Source of the DNA: an uncultured Candidatus Saccharibacteria bacterium
GTDB lineage: Bacteria > Patescibacteriota > Saccharimonadia > Saccharimonadales > Saccharimonadaceae
Reading direction: 5' to 3'
Assembly: GCA_963548005.1 (NCBI GenBank)
Contig: CAUUSW010000006.1
Span: 6,562-70,561 of the forward strand
Length of the DNA: 64,000 nucleotides
The notes beneath the pieces were generated by a model. It was not told the DNA's origin. It did no database searches and worked only from the letters and a program-made list of their open reading frames with translations. The position numbers and the translations under genes are program-made. Within the stretch, counting starts at the first letter, position 1. Every line of letters starts with the position of its first letter. Shown in pieces: positions 29,091 through 39,658 of the stretch.

Positions 29091-30854
29091 TTATGCTGTA
29101 TCGGCTGCTACCCGATTTACTTCCTCTAATGTTGTCACGCCACTGAGCGCCTTGAGATAACCATCTTGACGCATCGTTATCATGCCTTGCTGAATGGCAA
29201 GCCGCTGAATCTCGGCGCTCGTTGCCCGCTTGACAATCAGGTTTTGAACTTCCTCAGTGACGTCCATCACCTCGTACAAACCACATCGTCCTGAGTAACC
29301 TTGCGGCGTCTGCGGCATATCGCGGCCCCTGACTAAAGTATAAGCGGCTTGACCAGATAATGGCAAGGCCTTGTAGCCCAAATCCTGCGAAACAGTCGAT
29401 ATGTCAGCCTGGGTTTTTGGCAGGAGGTGACCAACCGTTGACTGAATAGTCTCCGTTTCAAGTGGTGACGATTGATATGAATCATACTTTGGCGCCACCC
29501 GCCTGACCAGCCGTTGACCAATAATGGTGTTCACGGTACTAGCAATCAAGAACGGTTCAATCCCCATATCCAACAGCCGCGGCAGCACACCCGCCGCCGA
29601 ATTGGTATGCAGCGTCGAGAAGACTAAGTGTCCGGTCAATGCCGCCTGCACCGCCAAATTCGCTGTCTCGGTATCGCGGATTTCACCGACCATCACCACG
29701 TCTGGATCCTGCCGGAGAATTGACCGTAAGCCTGATGCAAACGTCAGTCCAACATCAGCGTGCACCTGAATCTGATTAACGCCGTCAATCTTGTACTCCA
29801 CCGGATCCTCCAGCGTCACAATATTGATCGAGTCGTCCTTGATTTCCTTGATCAGCGCATACAAGCTAGTTGACTTACCCGAGCCGGTCGGCCCAGACGT
29901 CAAAATCATTCCACTTGGCCGCTTGATGCCTTTTTGGATAGCCCTCAGTGCCCGCCCAGCATACCCCATATCAGTCAGATCAAACGAGTTGCCTGTCTTG
30001 TCAAGCAGACGAATCACCACCTGCTCTCCCCACACCACCGGCGAAATCGCAATACGCAGGTCAACGTCCTTGCCGGCCACATTGACTGCAAACTGACCAT
30101 CCTGCGGAATTCGATGCTCATCAATCTTGAGATTTGATAGAATTTTAATGCGGCTGACCAGCGCTGGTTCAATACTTTTTGGTAGCTGCATAATTTCCCG
30201 CAACACGCCATCAACACGGCAGCGAATTTTTAACGCCTTTTCTAATGGCTCAATGTGTACGTCCGAAGCATGGCTCTTTACTGCATACTCCAGGATCGTA
30301 CTAAGCGCCCGCGAGATTGGTGAATCTTGAACGATCGTCACAATGTTCTGCGATGACTCATCCAGTGCTTCGCGCTGCGAGTCTTCCGCTGCTTCATTGA
30401 CCGATGATAAGTCTGTTCTGTACTGGCCAAGGACATGACGGATGCTTTCTTCGGAGGCCATGAATACTTTCAGCGGCCGTTGGATACGATTTGCTAGGTA
30501 GTCAACCGCCTGGACATTATTAGCATCAATCATCGCCACCGCCAAGCGCCCCTGCACCTCAGCCAGCGGTACCGCCATAAATCGCTCGGCAACATCCTCC
30601 GGCAGTAGGTTCAAGATGTGCTGCTCAATCACGCTGCTTGCGAGATTAACATATGGCACACCAGACAATTGCGCCACCGCATGCACCAATAATTCATTCT
30701 CCAAAAGGTGCTCCTCGGTCAACAGTGACAGTAACGGCTTACCCGACTCGCTGGCGCGTTTTTGCGCCTCCTTAACGACCGACCGCTCAATCAAGCCTTC
30801 GCTCGTCAGCAAGCCAATCAATTTTCCCTGCATATCATCCGTCAGTAGCGCCAT
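29091..30854 (-). CDS. pilB: Type IV pilus extension ATPase
   Basis: ASDVHIEP, PQDG, GPTGSGKS, EDPVEY, LRQDPD, TGHLV. Confidence 0.93.
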   Translation of the reverse strand: MALLTDDMQGKLIGLLTSEGLIERSVVKEAQKRASESGKPLLSLLTEEHLLENELLVHAVAQLSGVPYVNLASSVIEQHILNLLPEDVAERFMAVPLAEVQGRLAVAMIDANNVQAVDYLANRIQRPLKVFMASEESIRHVLGQYRTDLSSVNEAAEDSQREALDESSQNIVTIVQDSPISRALSTILEYAVKSHASDVHIEPLEKALKIRCRVDGVLREIMQLPKSIEPALVSRIKILSNLKIDEHRIPQDGQFAVNVAGKDVDLRIAISPVVWGEQVVIRLLDKTGNSFDLTDMGYAGRALRAIQKGIKRPSGMILTSGPTGSGKSTSLYALIKEIKDDSINIVTLEDPVEYKIDGVNQIQVHADVGLTFASGLRSILRQDPDVVMVGEIRDTETANLAVQAALTGHLVFSTLHTNSAAGVLPRLLDMGIEPFLIASTVNTIIGQRLVRRVAPKYDSYQSSPLETETIQSTVGHLLPKTQADISTVSQDLGYKALPLSGQAAYTLVRGRDMPQTPQGYSGRCGLYEVMDVTEEVQNLIVKRATSAEIQRLAIQQGMITMRQDGYLKALSGVTTLEEVNRVAADTA

Positions 30855-30866
30855 ATCACCTCCGCG

Positions 30867-31097
30867 CTAACTACCAGTCGCTTTGCCAACAATTGCTTCC
30901 ACCGTTGGGTTAATAGCTTCACGATTAAATACTGTCTTATCTGGCTGCTCAATATCTGGACTAATCTTTGATATCGTCTGTACTTCTACACCCGATGATG
31001 GTACGCGCAAGAACGGAATACTACTGGCAACGAAATATGCCACCACAACGCCGAGGCTGGCTATCAATACAATCATCGCTATATCGCTCTTCTTCAT
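30867..31097 (-). CDS. Small single-TM pilus-operon protein
   Basis: 76-aa ORF overlapping the upstream stop (ATGA). Confidence 0.75.
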   Translation of the reverse strand: MKKSDIAMIVLIASLGVVVAYFVASSIPFLRVPSSGVEVQTISKISPDIEQPDKTVFNREAINPTVEAIVGKATGS

Positions 31098-31771
31098 GGC
31101 TTGATCACCTTCTTTCCTAATCCAACTTTTTGCGCCGGCTCAAAATAGGCCTTGCCAGAGATATCCATCGTCATCTTGCCATCCTCGCTGGCCTGCATCT
31201 CGATCTCGGTAATATTGATAACCCGAATTGATTTTTCAAAGCGCGTTAACAGCTCCTTGAGGCTTGATGACGTACCGCTCACTGTCATGGTGAAACTCAC
31301 CGCCGAGCGGCCATCACCAGCGTCCTCTTGCTCCGCACCCGACTCATTCGCCGTATAGTGGACCGAGATGCTTTCTAGTGACAGACCGGCGATGCCATTG
31401 ACGAACTTCTTCTGAATGGACGCACCGAGCGCATCAGCATTCGCACTAGCCGGCAGCGCATCAAGAATCGTTTGCAATGGACTACTACTATCCGTTAACT
31501 TCACTGAGTTAAGTGCTTCATTCGCCTCTAGTGAGCGCACATTATCTTTGAGCGACTCGGCCGCCTTTTTATTATTCTCCAGTGTATTGATGGTGTCTTG
31601 CTTCGCGAGGACGACTGCACCATGAAACAAAATCTGCCGCACGAGAAAGAACGATACCACAATTGCCACGCCACTCACAAACGCCGCGCCCGCCACGAAC
31701 AGAAACATGGTTTTCTTTGATGAATCAATCTGCTGGCGTTTACGAATAGCGACATCTTTATTCTCAGGCAT
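31094..31771 (-). CDS. PilO-like alignment protein
   Basis: TM + coiled coil, DALP, FEKSIRVINI; position after pilM and pilN-like. Confidence 0.75.
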   Translation of the reverse strand: MPENKDVAIRKRQQIDSSKKTMFLFVAGAAFVSGVAIVVSFFLVRQILFHGAVVLAKQDTINTLENNKKAAESLKDNVRSLEANEALNSVKLTDSSSPLQTILDALPASANADALGASIQKKFVNGIAGLSLESISVHYTANESGAEQEDAGDGRSAVSFTMTVSGTSSSLKELLTRFEKSIRVINITEIEMQASEDGKMTMDISGKAYFEPAQKVGLGKKVIKP

Positions 31772-32502
31772 TAGTTTTTCTCCTTATTTGAAGCATCTTT
31801 TGGCTTCTTGGCAAATAGGCTCTCTGGCACCCCCAGCCGCGAATCAGTCACATCAACTTTACCGTTTGGCGTCGCAATCACCACTGAGCCGCTCGTTTTC
31901 GAGAACAATTCTACCGGATAGGTAAACGTGAACGAGAAGCGCAACACCTTCTTACCGTTGGCATCTTCACCAAAGCTGGCCTCACCCGCCTGCAGATTCT
32001 CAGCCAGCGGTTGTTTAACCTCTTGCCCATTTTGTGTTGTCTGCACAGTCGTATTAGTAATCGTCTTTTTAAATATCTCCAGTGCAATATAGCCGTTTTC
32101 GGCTGAGCCCTCAATAGTAATTGTCCGCGACTCTGGCTTGAGCTTTAGTGTTGCGATTTTAATACTATTTGGCGCCACCGGATTGACCGCCGTCATCACG
32201 TCAAATAGTCGCGAATCAGCCTGACGCTCACTTGATAATTTGTTGATTGTTGCCAGCTGATGCTGAATAGTTACTAACTTATCGAGATCTTCAATCGACG
32301 TCAGCTCGCGCGCTTTGTTCTTGATTGTTCCATCATGCAGCGCCTCCAAGGCTATCTGACCACCAAAGATTAAGCCAAGCGCAACCGCCACCCCGACCGC
32401 GATCATGCCGACGGTTATCGACATCGCGGTGACAGCGTTACGCATCATTTTTGCCCGAAGTAACTCGCGCTTGACATCAGGAATCAAGTTAATCTCAATC
32501 AC
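31771..32502 (-). CDS. PilN-like alignment protein
   Basis: IEINLIP motif; GTG start overlaps pilM stop. Confidence 0.82.
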   Translation of the reverse strand: MIEINLIPDVKRELLRAKMMRNAVTAMSITVGMIAVGVAVALGLIFGGQIALEALHDGTIKNKARELTSIEDLDKLVTIQHQLATINKLSSERQADSRLFDVMTAVNPVAPNSIKIATLKLKPESRTITIEGSAENGYIALEIFKKTITNTTVQTTQNGQEVKQPLAENLQAGEASFGEDANGKKVLRFSFTFTYPVELFSKTSGSVVIATPNGKVDVTDSRLGVPESLFAKKPKDASNKEKN

Positions 32503-33545
32503 GATCCATTCCTCCGCTGCGCTAAACCAACGACCGTCGCAAACTCCGAGGCAATTGGTGCTAATTTTTGCTGATCGGCCTGCCCAAGACTGACATGCTG
32601 CCACGGATCAGCCGTAGTCGCTGGTATACCAGTCTTGTTAGCAATGTAATTATCCATCATCGGTATCGCTGCGCCAAAGCCCGACAGCAGAATTCCTGAC
32701 ACGGAAATACTCGGGTAGCGCGTCTGGAAAAACTTGATTGATTTGGTCAGCTCAGCTGCAAAATTATCCAGCACACCGTCAATCGCCCTGAGAACTTGCC
32801 CCTCAAGCCGGTCAGGTGCCAAGCCAAACTTGATAATAAACTGGCGAGCCTGATCATCCTGCACGTTGAGATTTTGCACCGCCGCTCGCACCAACGCCTG
32901 CAATCCGCTCGGCACCGTGCGCACTAACCGCGGCATATCGCCATAAATGACTGCCAAGTCAGTCGAGTGTTCGCCCATATCCAAAACTAGCTTTGCGGTT
33001 GCTCCATCAGTCGGCGCTAATGCTCGAAGCATCGCGATCGGATCTGGCTCCTCAGCGACCACATTAAAGCCAAGACCTTCAATAAACTCAAGCCGCTCCT
33101 CGACATAACTAATCGCTGCACTCGTCAATAACACTTCGTACTGACCCTGCTCACGCAAACTGTCGCCGAGCAGCGCCCAGTCAACCTTGGCATCCTCAAT
33201 CGCCATAGGAATGTACTGATCGACCTGGTATTTCATGGTCGCCTTTAGCTCTTGGTCTGACACTTTTGGTACATCAATAATCGCCGTAAAGGTCTTGCTC
33301 GACGGTAAGCCAATCGCTACATTTTGCGTCTTGATACCGCTCTGTCCGACAGCAGTCATGATCACTTCACCAAGCTTACGCTGCGCCTCTGGCGAATCAC
33401 TACCTGTAATCTTCGGGTCGACAGGCGCATAACCATAGTGCAGCAGATTCCATCCGTTGCTCGTTCGCGCCAGCTGAACCACGCGCACCGCATTCGTCCC
33501 GATGTCTAATCCGAAAAAGTCGCCCAGCCCTTTTGCTATTTTCAT
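32499..33545 (-). CDS. pilM: Type IV pilus assembly protein PilM
   Basis: FGLDIGT actin-like fold, YIPM, LDMG, VGLAQR. Confidence 0.92.
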   Translation of the reverse strand: MKIAKGLGDFFGLDIGTNAVRVVQLARTSNGWNLLHYGYAPVDPKITGSDSPEAQRKLGEVIMTAVGQSGIKTQNVAIGLPSSKTFTAIIDVPKVSDQELKATMKYQVDQYIPMAIEDAKVDWALLGDSLREQGQYEVLLTSAAISYVEERLEFIEGLGFNVVAEEPDPIAMLRALAPTDGATAKLVLDMGEHSTDLAVIYGDMPRLVRTVPSGLQALVRAAVQNLNVQDDQARQFIIKFGLAPDRLEGQVLRAIDGVLDNFAAELTKSIKFFQTRYPSISVSGILLSGFGAAIPMMDNYIANKTGIPATTADPWQHVSLGQADQQKLAPIASEFATVVGLAQRRNGS

Positions 33546-33585
33546 ACTATTCTATTATACATAAGCATATTAAAATGTAAAACCC

Positions 33586-35595
33586 TTAAAAACGTGGCGG
33601 CAATTCCTTTAGATGCATCGTTTTGATAGCCCCCGATTCTTTCGACCGCTCATTTCCCCATAAATATGCATCGGCACGCAAATTCAATATTTCCGCCGGC
33701 TCGCCCGGATTATTGCCAGAGGTATCGCCACCCTTGGTAAAGGTACGACGCAAAAAGAGGTGCTTCGCGATAATCGGACCGTTAATCCGCAGCTGTTTTT
33801 CGCAGGTTTTTGCATCCAGCCCCGACAGCCACTGACGACTATCACGAACTATGGTATCACAGGTGTTAATTGTACCATTCTTGGCCACCAGCCAAGCATC
33901 AAGCTGTGTGACATTCGGCTCAATGATAATATGCCGAGCGCTGATAATTAACTGCGGTAGATCCCGAGCTGCCGAATAGTTACCGCCCTCCTGTTTTACG
34001 TCACCTTTGATAGTCACCACGCCGCCCGATTTGATAACAATTTGCCGGCCACGCTTAATCTCTCCGCCGGTAATCGTCACATTGCCTGCCTGATACACAC
34101 CACCAGCTACGTCACTCATAGACACCGCCCCAGACAAATTTCCCGTGTTCGTAAAATAGGCATCAGGCGTTCGCACGGTCGGCATCTTATCGCGGAAATT
34201 ACCAAATGGAGTGTTGGTATTTTGGAACGTCAGGTCATTATATTGTCGCGCCTCAATCGCTCCCGTTCGCCCTATTGGCGTAGATGATAGTCCTGCTCCC
34301 GAAGAGGAAATAATCTGTCCGGGCGCACTAATGGCATACTCCGCCCACGATCCGTACAGCCGCGGCTCCCCCGGCACTGGCTGCCAACCCTTTGGCGCAT
34401 ACACACCGAGCAGCCACCGAGCAGCCGCATTAGCATTGGCCAGGCTAGTTGGAGCAATCGCATCTTGCACCTCTAGAGCAATCACATTATCACCAGCCCG
34501 CAAATAATCTGCGATGATTCTCTTCATCTCGACACCAGACGACGCTTTCGGATTGGCAAAGACTGGCTTACCATTAATGTATACCGCAGCATAATCATCA
34601 ACCGCCAAACGTAAGTACAGTCCTGATCGTCCGTCGTTCAACAAATCCAGCTGACGAATCTCTTCGAGCTGCTGGCTCGTCAGCCGGAATTTCTGCCGAA
34701 ATAGCGTTACGCCAGACGACTTCACGTAATTTCCACCATTAGTATCAGTTTGCGGCGCATTATGACGCTGAGTCAGCGCCTCCTTCAACTTTGTCTCGTC
34801 CTTACAGCGCGCACCCCAGAGCGGCTTCGACTGGCCACCTTGATCATATATCGACTGCCGAAACGCTCCATCAGTTGCCCACGCAGATGTTCCTGATTCC
34901 TTAGCAACCCCGCCGCATTCGGCAAACTCAGCCGCCCCAGCCGCGCCTGATCGCTGGGCAGGTATACCAAACGGCACTTTCGTCGTGGCATTAGCATCCG
35001 TCGCCCAGCCACCATACGCTCGTGGATTAACGTATGCTCCACCCGCTAGACCACCGCTATTAGCCGCTACCACATCGTCAAACCAACTCGGTGCTGGCGT
35101 CGCCGAAGACGTGCTATTTTCACCATCCGGTGCCGTCCATGTTGACACTGATCCGCTACACTTATCCTGACCAGCCGTCCGATTACCGGACATCGGTGAT
35201 GGCATCATCGTAAACCCACCATAATTAAACGTCCCGCCAATACCATCGACCACTGTCGTGGCATTTGCGTTCACACGACAGTCAGATCCACCATCCCCGG
35301 CCGTTGGCCAACTACTAATCCGCTCTGGCGTCCCGCCGATCTGCTCTCTCTCGCCAACCGGATATTTCTCCCACGGCATGTGATACGACGTGGCTGGGTC
35401 ATAACTACTACCGCCCGGTGGCGTTGTCGTACTTGCTGCTAGCACCGCCCTCTCGACGTGAGTTACGTCAGGTGCTACTTGCGCCGTTACGCTGATATAA
35501 TGACGCCAGATATACACTCCAAGGCTTCCGAATACCACTAGCCCAACAACACCAACTCCGATCCACCACCTTCGGGTTTTTAACTGCAGCGCCAT
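33586..35595 (-). CDS. Large secreted pilus-associated protein with sugar-binding-like jelly-roll and conserved C-terminal domain
   Basis: N-terminal signal/TM; FRQKF..AVDDYAAVYING..GDNVIALEV; C-terminal YGSWAEY..CEKQLRINGP..ELPPRF. Confidence 0.75.
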   Translation of the reverse strand: MALQLKTRRWWIGVGVVGLVVFGSLGVYIWRHYISVTAQVAPDVTHVERAVLAASTTTPPGGSSYDPATSYHMPWEKYPVGEREQIGGTPERISSWPTAGDGGSDCRVNANATTVVDGIGGTFNYGGFTMMPSPMSGNRTAGQDKCSGSVSTWTAPDGENSTSSATPAPSWFDDVVAANSGGLAGGAYVNPRAYGGWATDANATTKVPFGIPAQRSGAAGAAEFAECGGVAKESGTSAWATDGAFRQSIYDQGGQSKPLWGARCKDETKLKEALTQRHNAPQTDTNGGNYVKSSGVTLFRQKFRLTSQQLEEIRQLDLLNDGRSGLYLRLAVDDYAAVYINGKPVFANPKASSGVEMKRIIADYLRAGDNVIALEVQDAIAPTSLANANAAARWLLGVYAPKGWQPVPGEPRLYGSWAEYAISAPGQIISSSGAGLSSTPIGRTGAIEARQYNDLTFQNTNTPFGNFRDKMPTVRTPDAYFTNTGNLSGAVSMSDVAGGVYQAGNVTITGGEIKRGRQIVIKSGGVVTIKGDVKQEGGNYSAARDLPQLIISARHIIIEPNVTQLDAWLVAKNGTINTCDTIVRDSRQWLSGLDAKTCEKQLRINGPIIAKHLFLRRTFTKGGDTSGNNPGEPAEILNLRADAYLWGNERSKESGAIKTMHLKELPPRF

Positions 35596-37254
35596 CTATC
35601 GCCTCACTCTAGTCAGTGATGTCCTGACTTCTGCATTATTGTTACCCGCGCTGCCGTCTATCCCGACACCAACTCGCACATCCGCCCCCCAAAACTGAAC
35701 TTTTGGCCGTCCGGCAACCTTTGCACAATCTACCGCATAGCGAAACGTACTGGTATTCACATGTTGGTTGTATGTACTTACAATAGTCATATAGCACAAC
35801 TGGTCACCAGTCGTCATCGTCACTCCGCTCAAGTTATCCTTGCCAAGCGGAATTTCCAGCCCACCTCGCTGGATAATTGTTCCCGCGCCATTACGTGCCA
35901 AATTATTTGATGTACAATCTGCCACCTGCAAACCCGGTCGACTATTTTTAATCGTGTTCTTGGCGATATAACAATCCCAATCGCCCACTAAATTACCCGG
36001 TGAACGTCTATCATACGGCACAACAACTCCCTCACCGCCCGGTACGGTATAATTTCCGCCACCCCTTAACACAAACCGCACCACAGCATAATTTGCCCGA
36101 TTTGACCGTGTCGATCCTGTATGATTAATTCGCGCGGTCACGCCACTCACCTCAATCGTTCCTTCATTAATATAATCTGGCGCCTGCACCTCTGGCCGCA
36201 ACTCATAATCATACGGCACCGATGCACAGGCATTCGATGAGACCCCCCAGCCGTCAGTATTCCACGCACCCGGCAGCCATAAAATCTTTTGACATACTGT
36301 TTTACCGACATCATCCTGCGTCACGATCCCCTCAGCCCCAAAGACATTATTATATGGCTTAACATCGCTCGGCTCATAAAACGTATTCCACGGGCTAGCA
36401 CTACGCGTATACGGCGACGCCCACGCATGATGCGTTGTCGTGCCATTAACATCCTGATTAATTCCTATGCGCTTTAGGGTATAGGGAGGAATCGTGTACG
36501 AAGAATTATTCCGCAGGTAATGAAAAAATCGTACGCGCTGTCCTGGTGCAGCAGTCGCGTTTTGCACTAAACTGCCACCATTGATTGACACTCGCGATTG
36601 CCCTTCAACAGTCCATTGGTTTGGCGCCTGCTCACGCTTAATCCACACCTCGACATCTTGTGTCGCACAAGCACCGCTACCGCCTGGACTACTATAGAAA
36701 CAGCGCCGCACCTGCAAAATGATACGGCCGGAACTTCCTGGCGCAACTACACCAGATATGTCAATTCCATTTACTCGAATGCTGCTACCGCCATCAACCC
36801 AGTGGTACGCGCCTGATGGATGCGTCCCCCGATCAAGCGTGCCGCCAGACAGTAATGTCCGACCATTCTGACTAACCGTTACATTTGTCGCCCACACCCG
36901 TGCTCGCGACTGACCGTTGCCGTTCACCGACCCCCTCAAGTCAAGTGATAATGACGTCGCATTCCAGCTAACGGTGTTAATGACATCATTCGTATACGAC
37001 GTCCCGGGCGACGACATCCACATCGCACCGCACCGCGTTCCGCCACCCTTACAGATATATTGCACCGCAAACCGTTCACCATCATTGCGTGCATTAATAC
37101 ACATTAAACGTCGTCGACCGCTCAAACCGCTACAGTCCACCGCCTCTGCTCTATCCGCACCAATAATCGCCAACGTCGATGCGACAATCACAAGTGCCAG
37201 CATATAGCCGATAACGAGTCGTAGTCCGACCCTAACCCTGACCCGGTGTACCAT
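35596..37254 (-). CDS. Large secreted Cys-containing pilus-associated protein
   Basis: Signal peptide (RAEA|V); DDVGKTVCQ..ACASVPY..PKVQFWGADVR; beta-rich. Confidence 0.75.
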   Translation of the reverse strand: MVHRVRVRVGLRLVIGYMLALVIVASTLAIIGADRAEAVDCSGLSGRRRLMCINARNDGERFAVQYICKGGGTRCGAMWMSSPGTSYTNDVINTVSWNATSLSLDLRGSVNGNGQSRARVWATNVTVSQNGRTLLSGGTLDRGTHPSGAYHWVDGGSSIRVNGIDISGVVAPGSSGRIILQVRRCFYSSPGGSGACATQDVEVWIKREQAPNQWTVEGQSRVSINGGSLVQNATAAPGQRVRFFHYLRNNSSYTIPPYTLKRIGINQDVNGTTTHHAWASPYTRSASPWNTFYEPSDVKPYNNVFGAEGIVTQDDVGKTVCQKILWLPGAWNTDGWGVSSNACASVPYDYELRPEVQAPDYINEGTIEVSGVTARINHTGSTRSNRANYAVVRFVLRGGGNYTVPGGEGVVVPYDRRSPGNLVGDWDCYIAKNTIKNSRPGLQVADCTSNNLARNGAGTIIQRGGLEIPLGKDNLSGVTMTTGDQLCYMTIVSTYNQHVNTSTFRYAVDCAKVAGRPKVQFWGADVRVGVGIDGSAGNNNAEVRTSLTRVRR

Positions 37255-37726
37255 CCTTATTCCCCGCACCCGCATCAGCCTTACCGATCTCGACCAGTGC
37301 TTTTACCGTATCCTGACTAATACCCAGTCGATAAAACGGCTCGACCGACTGACGCATCTTCATCGAGTTGATCAACCCTTGATGAATCTGATCAATCCGC
37401 TGGCGATCATTCCGTAGCGATGCATCGTGAAGCACAATATAGTGACACACCGTATCGTCACCCGGGCCGCCACGCTCTGAGATCTTCTTCACCAGCCCCT
37501 CAAGCGCTGTCGGGCCATACCCATTCGGCGCAGCGATAATTGATCGATATTCTTTTATCATATCCTCGCCACATATCATCTTAGCGGTTGGCGCGATATC
37601 TTGGCTCGGCTCTTTTAGTCCAACATGCAATCGCCCCATCACCATCATGATAACGGCGACTATCGCCCCGATACTTAACACGATACCCGCTATCATAAAT
37701 ATTCGCGAGATAATAACCTTATTCAT
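37232..37726 (-). CDS. Hypothetical single-TM protein
   Basis: TAGAAT 7 nt before ATG 37726; N-terminal TM; overlaps next gene. Confidence 0.7.
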   Translation of the reverse strand: MNKVIISRIFMIAGIVLSIGAIVAVIMMVMGRLHVGLKEPSQDIAPTAKMICGEDMIKEYRSIIAAPNGYGPTALEGLVKKISERGGPGDDTVCHYIVLHDASLRNDRQRIDQIHQGLINSMKMRQSVEPFYRLGISQDTVKALVEIGKADAGAGNKDGTPGQG

Positions 37727-37790
37727 ACTGCTTATTCTAATACATATTATATACTGAGGCAAGTTTGTGGAATTTGTTATAATACACGAT

Positions 37791-38870
37791 ATGAGTCTAT
37801 CAATCGGAATCGTCGGCCTGCCAAATGTCGGTAAGTCGACCATATTTAATGCACTTACTAACAATAATATTCTAGCGGCTAATTACCCCTTTGCCACCAT
37901 TGAACCGAATACTGGCATCGTACCGGTTCCCGATGAGCGGCTCGACGTACTCGCAAAACTGTATGATACGCAAAAAATTATCCCCGCGACCGTAACGTTC
38001 GTCGACATCGCTGGATTGGTAGCTGGCGCCTCAAAAGGAGAAGGGCTCGGCAATAAATTCTTGCACAATATTCGTGAATGCGACGCCATTATCCACATCG
38101 TTCGCGCCTTTGAAAACTCAGATATATTACGACACGACAATACTCCGATTAACCCTCAGGCCGACATTGACATCATCAATACCGAACTTATCCTTGCCGA
38201 CATCCAAACCATAGAACATCGTCTACCTCGTCTCCAGAAAGAAGCCAAAGCCAAGCCGGAGGCACGACAGGTGGCTACATACCTTGAAACGCTCCTGACG
38301 TCACTTAATTCAGGTATGCCGATAGCATCCATAGAAAATATCAAATATGAGATAATTAATGATCTTCATTTACTCACTGCCAAGCCAATTATTTATACAT
38401 TTAATGTCGACGAGGCGGGACTCGGCGACCATGCCCTGCAGGAAAAGCTTGCCAAACTCGTCGCGCCAGCCCGAGTATTATTTATTTGTGCCAAGCTTGA
38501 AGAAGAGCTCAGAGAATTATCAAATAATGACGCCTTGGAGCTACTTGATAGCTACGGGGCTTCCGAAACCGGATTGTCGCAGCTTATCCATGCCGCGTAC
38601 GACACACTTGGTCTACAAAGCTATCTCACGGCAGGTCAGAAGGAAGTCAGGGCATGGACAATACATAAAGGCTGGACGGCGCCACAGGCTGCTGGCGTCA
38701 TCCACTCAGACTTTGAGCGCGGATTCATCGCCGCGCAAGTCATTAGCTACCACGACCTTGTTGCCGCAGGTTCAGAAGCTAAGGCCCGTGAAGCGGGTAA
38801 AATACGTACTGAAGGTAAAAATTACATCATGCAGCCTAACGATGTTGTCGAATTTCGGTTCAATGTCTAA
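37791..38870 (+). CDS. ychF: Ribosome-binding ATPase YchF
   Basis: GIVGLPNVGKST, NYPFATIEPN, DIAGLV.GASKGEGLGN, IHSDFERGFI. Confidence 0.96.
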   Translation: MSLSIGIVGLPNVGKSTIFNALTNNNILAANYPFATIEPNTGIVPVPDERLDVLAKLYDTQKIIPATVTFVDIAGLVAGASKGEGLGNKFLHNIRECDAIIHIVRAFENSDILRHDNTPINPQADIDIINTELILADIQTIEHRLPRLQKEAKAKPEARQVATYLETLLTSLNSGMPIASIENIKYEIINDLHLLTAKPIIYTFNVDEAGLGDHALQEKLAKLVAPARVLFICAKLEEELRELSNNDALELLDSYGASETGLSQLIHAAYDTLGLQSYLTAGQKEVRAWTIHKGWTAPQAAGVIHSDFERGFIAAQVISYHDLVAAGSEAKAREAGKIRTEGKNYIMQPNDVVEFRFNV

Positions 38871-38887
38871 CATTATTGTATATTATA

Positions 38888-39658
38888 CTACGTTGATTTA
38901 AGTACAACGATGCCCTTTTTACTACAGTTATTACCTCTGTTATTTTTTAGTTGTAACTTATAAAAGCGCTCAACGTTACCCTTACTACCAGCGACGGTGC
39001 TATCCTTTTTATCAAGAACTACAAAATACTGTTTTGCCCATTGCTCAAAATCGGTCAGGATCTTTCGTCGTATAGCAGCATTTTTTACAACACCCTTTTG
39101 TACCAAATGACGCCCTGCCTCGAACTGCGGTTTTACCATCGCTACAAGCACCGTCGCACTGCCCATCAGCCGTTTTGCAACGTGTGGTAGAATGTCGCGC
39201 AGACTAATAAATGACACGTCTCCCACGATAATGTCTGGTGGACAATCAAGCTCAAAGTCACGAACGTCTGTCTTTTCGTGTAATATTATGCGCCGATCGT
39301 CACGCAGTCGATGGTGCAACTGATTCGTGCCCACATCAACAGCATACACACGTCGGGCGCCATGACGCAGCGCAAAATCAGTAAATCCACCAGTACTCGA
39401 CCCTATGTCCAGCACTGTTCTCCCCTGAAAGTCCAACCGAAAACTATCCGCCACGCCCGCTAGCTTGAGGCCTGCACGCGAAACGTACCGCTCACGAGTC
39501 AGCAATGTAATGTCTGCTGTCTCATTAACGAAACATCCGGGACGCGTCGCCACCCTACCATTGACCATGACTTGCCCTAAGCCTATCCAGTTCTCTGCTT
39601 CTGAACGCGATTCAACCAACCCGCGTTCTAGTATCATTTTATCTAATCGCTGCTTCAT
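38888..39658 (-). CDS. tlyA: TlyA family rRNA methyltransferase
   Basis: S4 domain, YVSRAGLKL, LDIGSSTGGFTD, DVSFISL, VKPQFE. Confidence 0.94.
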   Translation of the reverse strand: MKQRLDKMILERGLVESRSEAENWIGLGQVMVNGRVATRPGCFVNETADITLLTRERYVSRAGLKLAGVADSFRLDFQGRTVLDIGSSTGGFTDFALRHGARRVYAVDVGTNQLHHRLRDDRRIILHEKTDVRDFELDCPPDIIVGDVSFISLRDILPHVAKRLMGSATVLVAMVKPQFEAGRHLVQKGVVKNAAIRRKILTDFEQWAKQYFVVLDKKDSTVAGSKGNVERFYKLQLKNNRGNNCSKKGIVVLKST

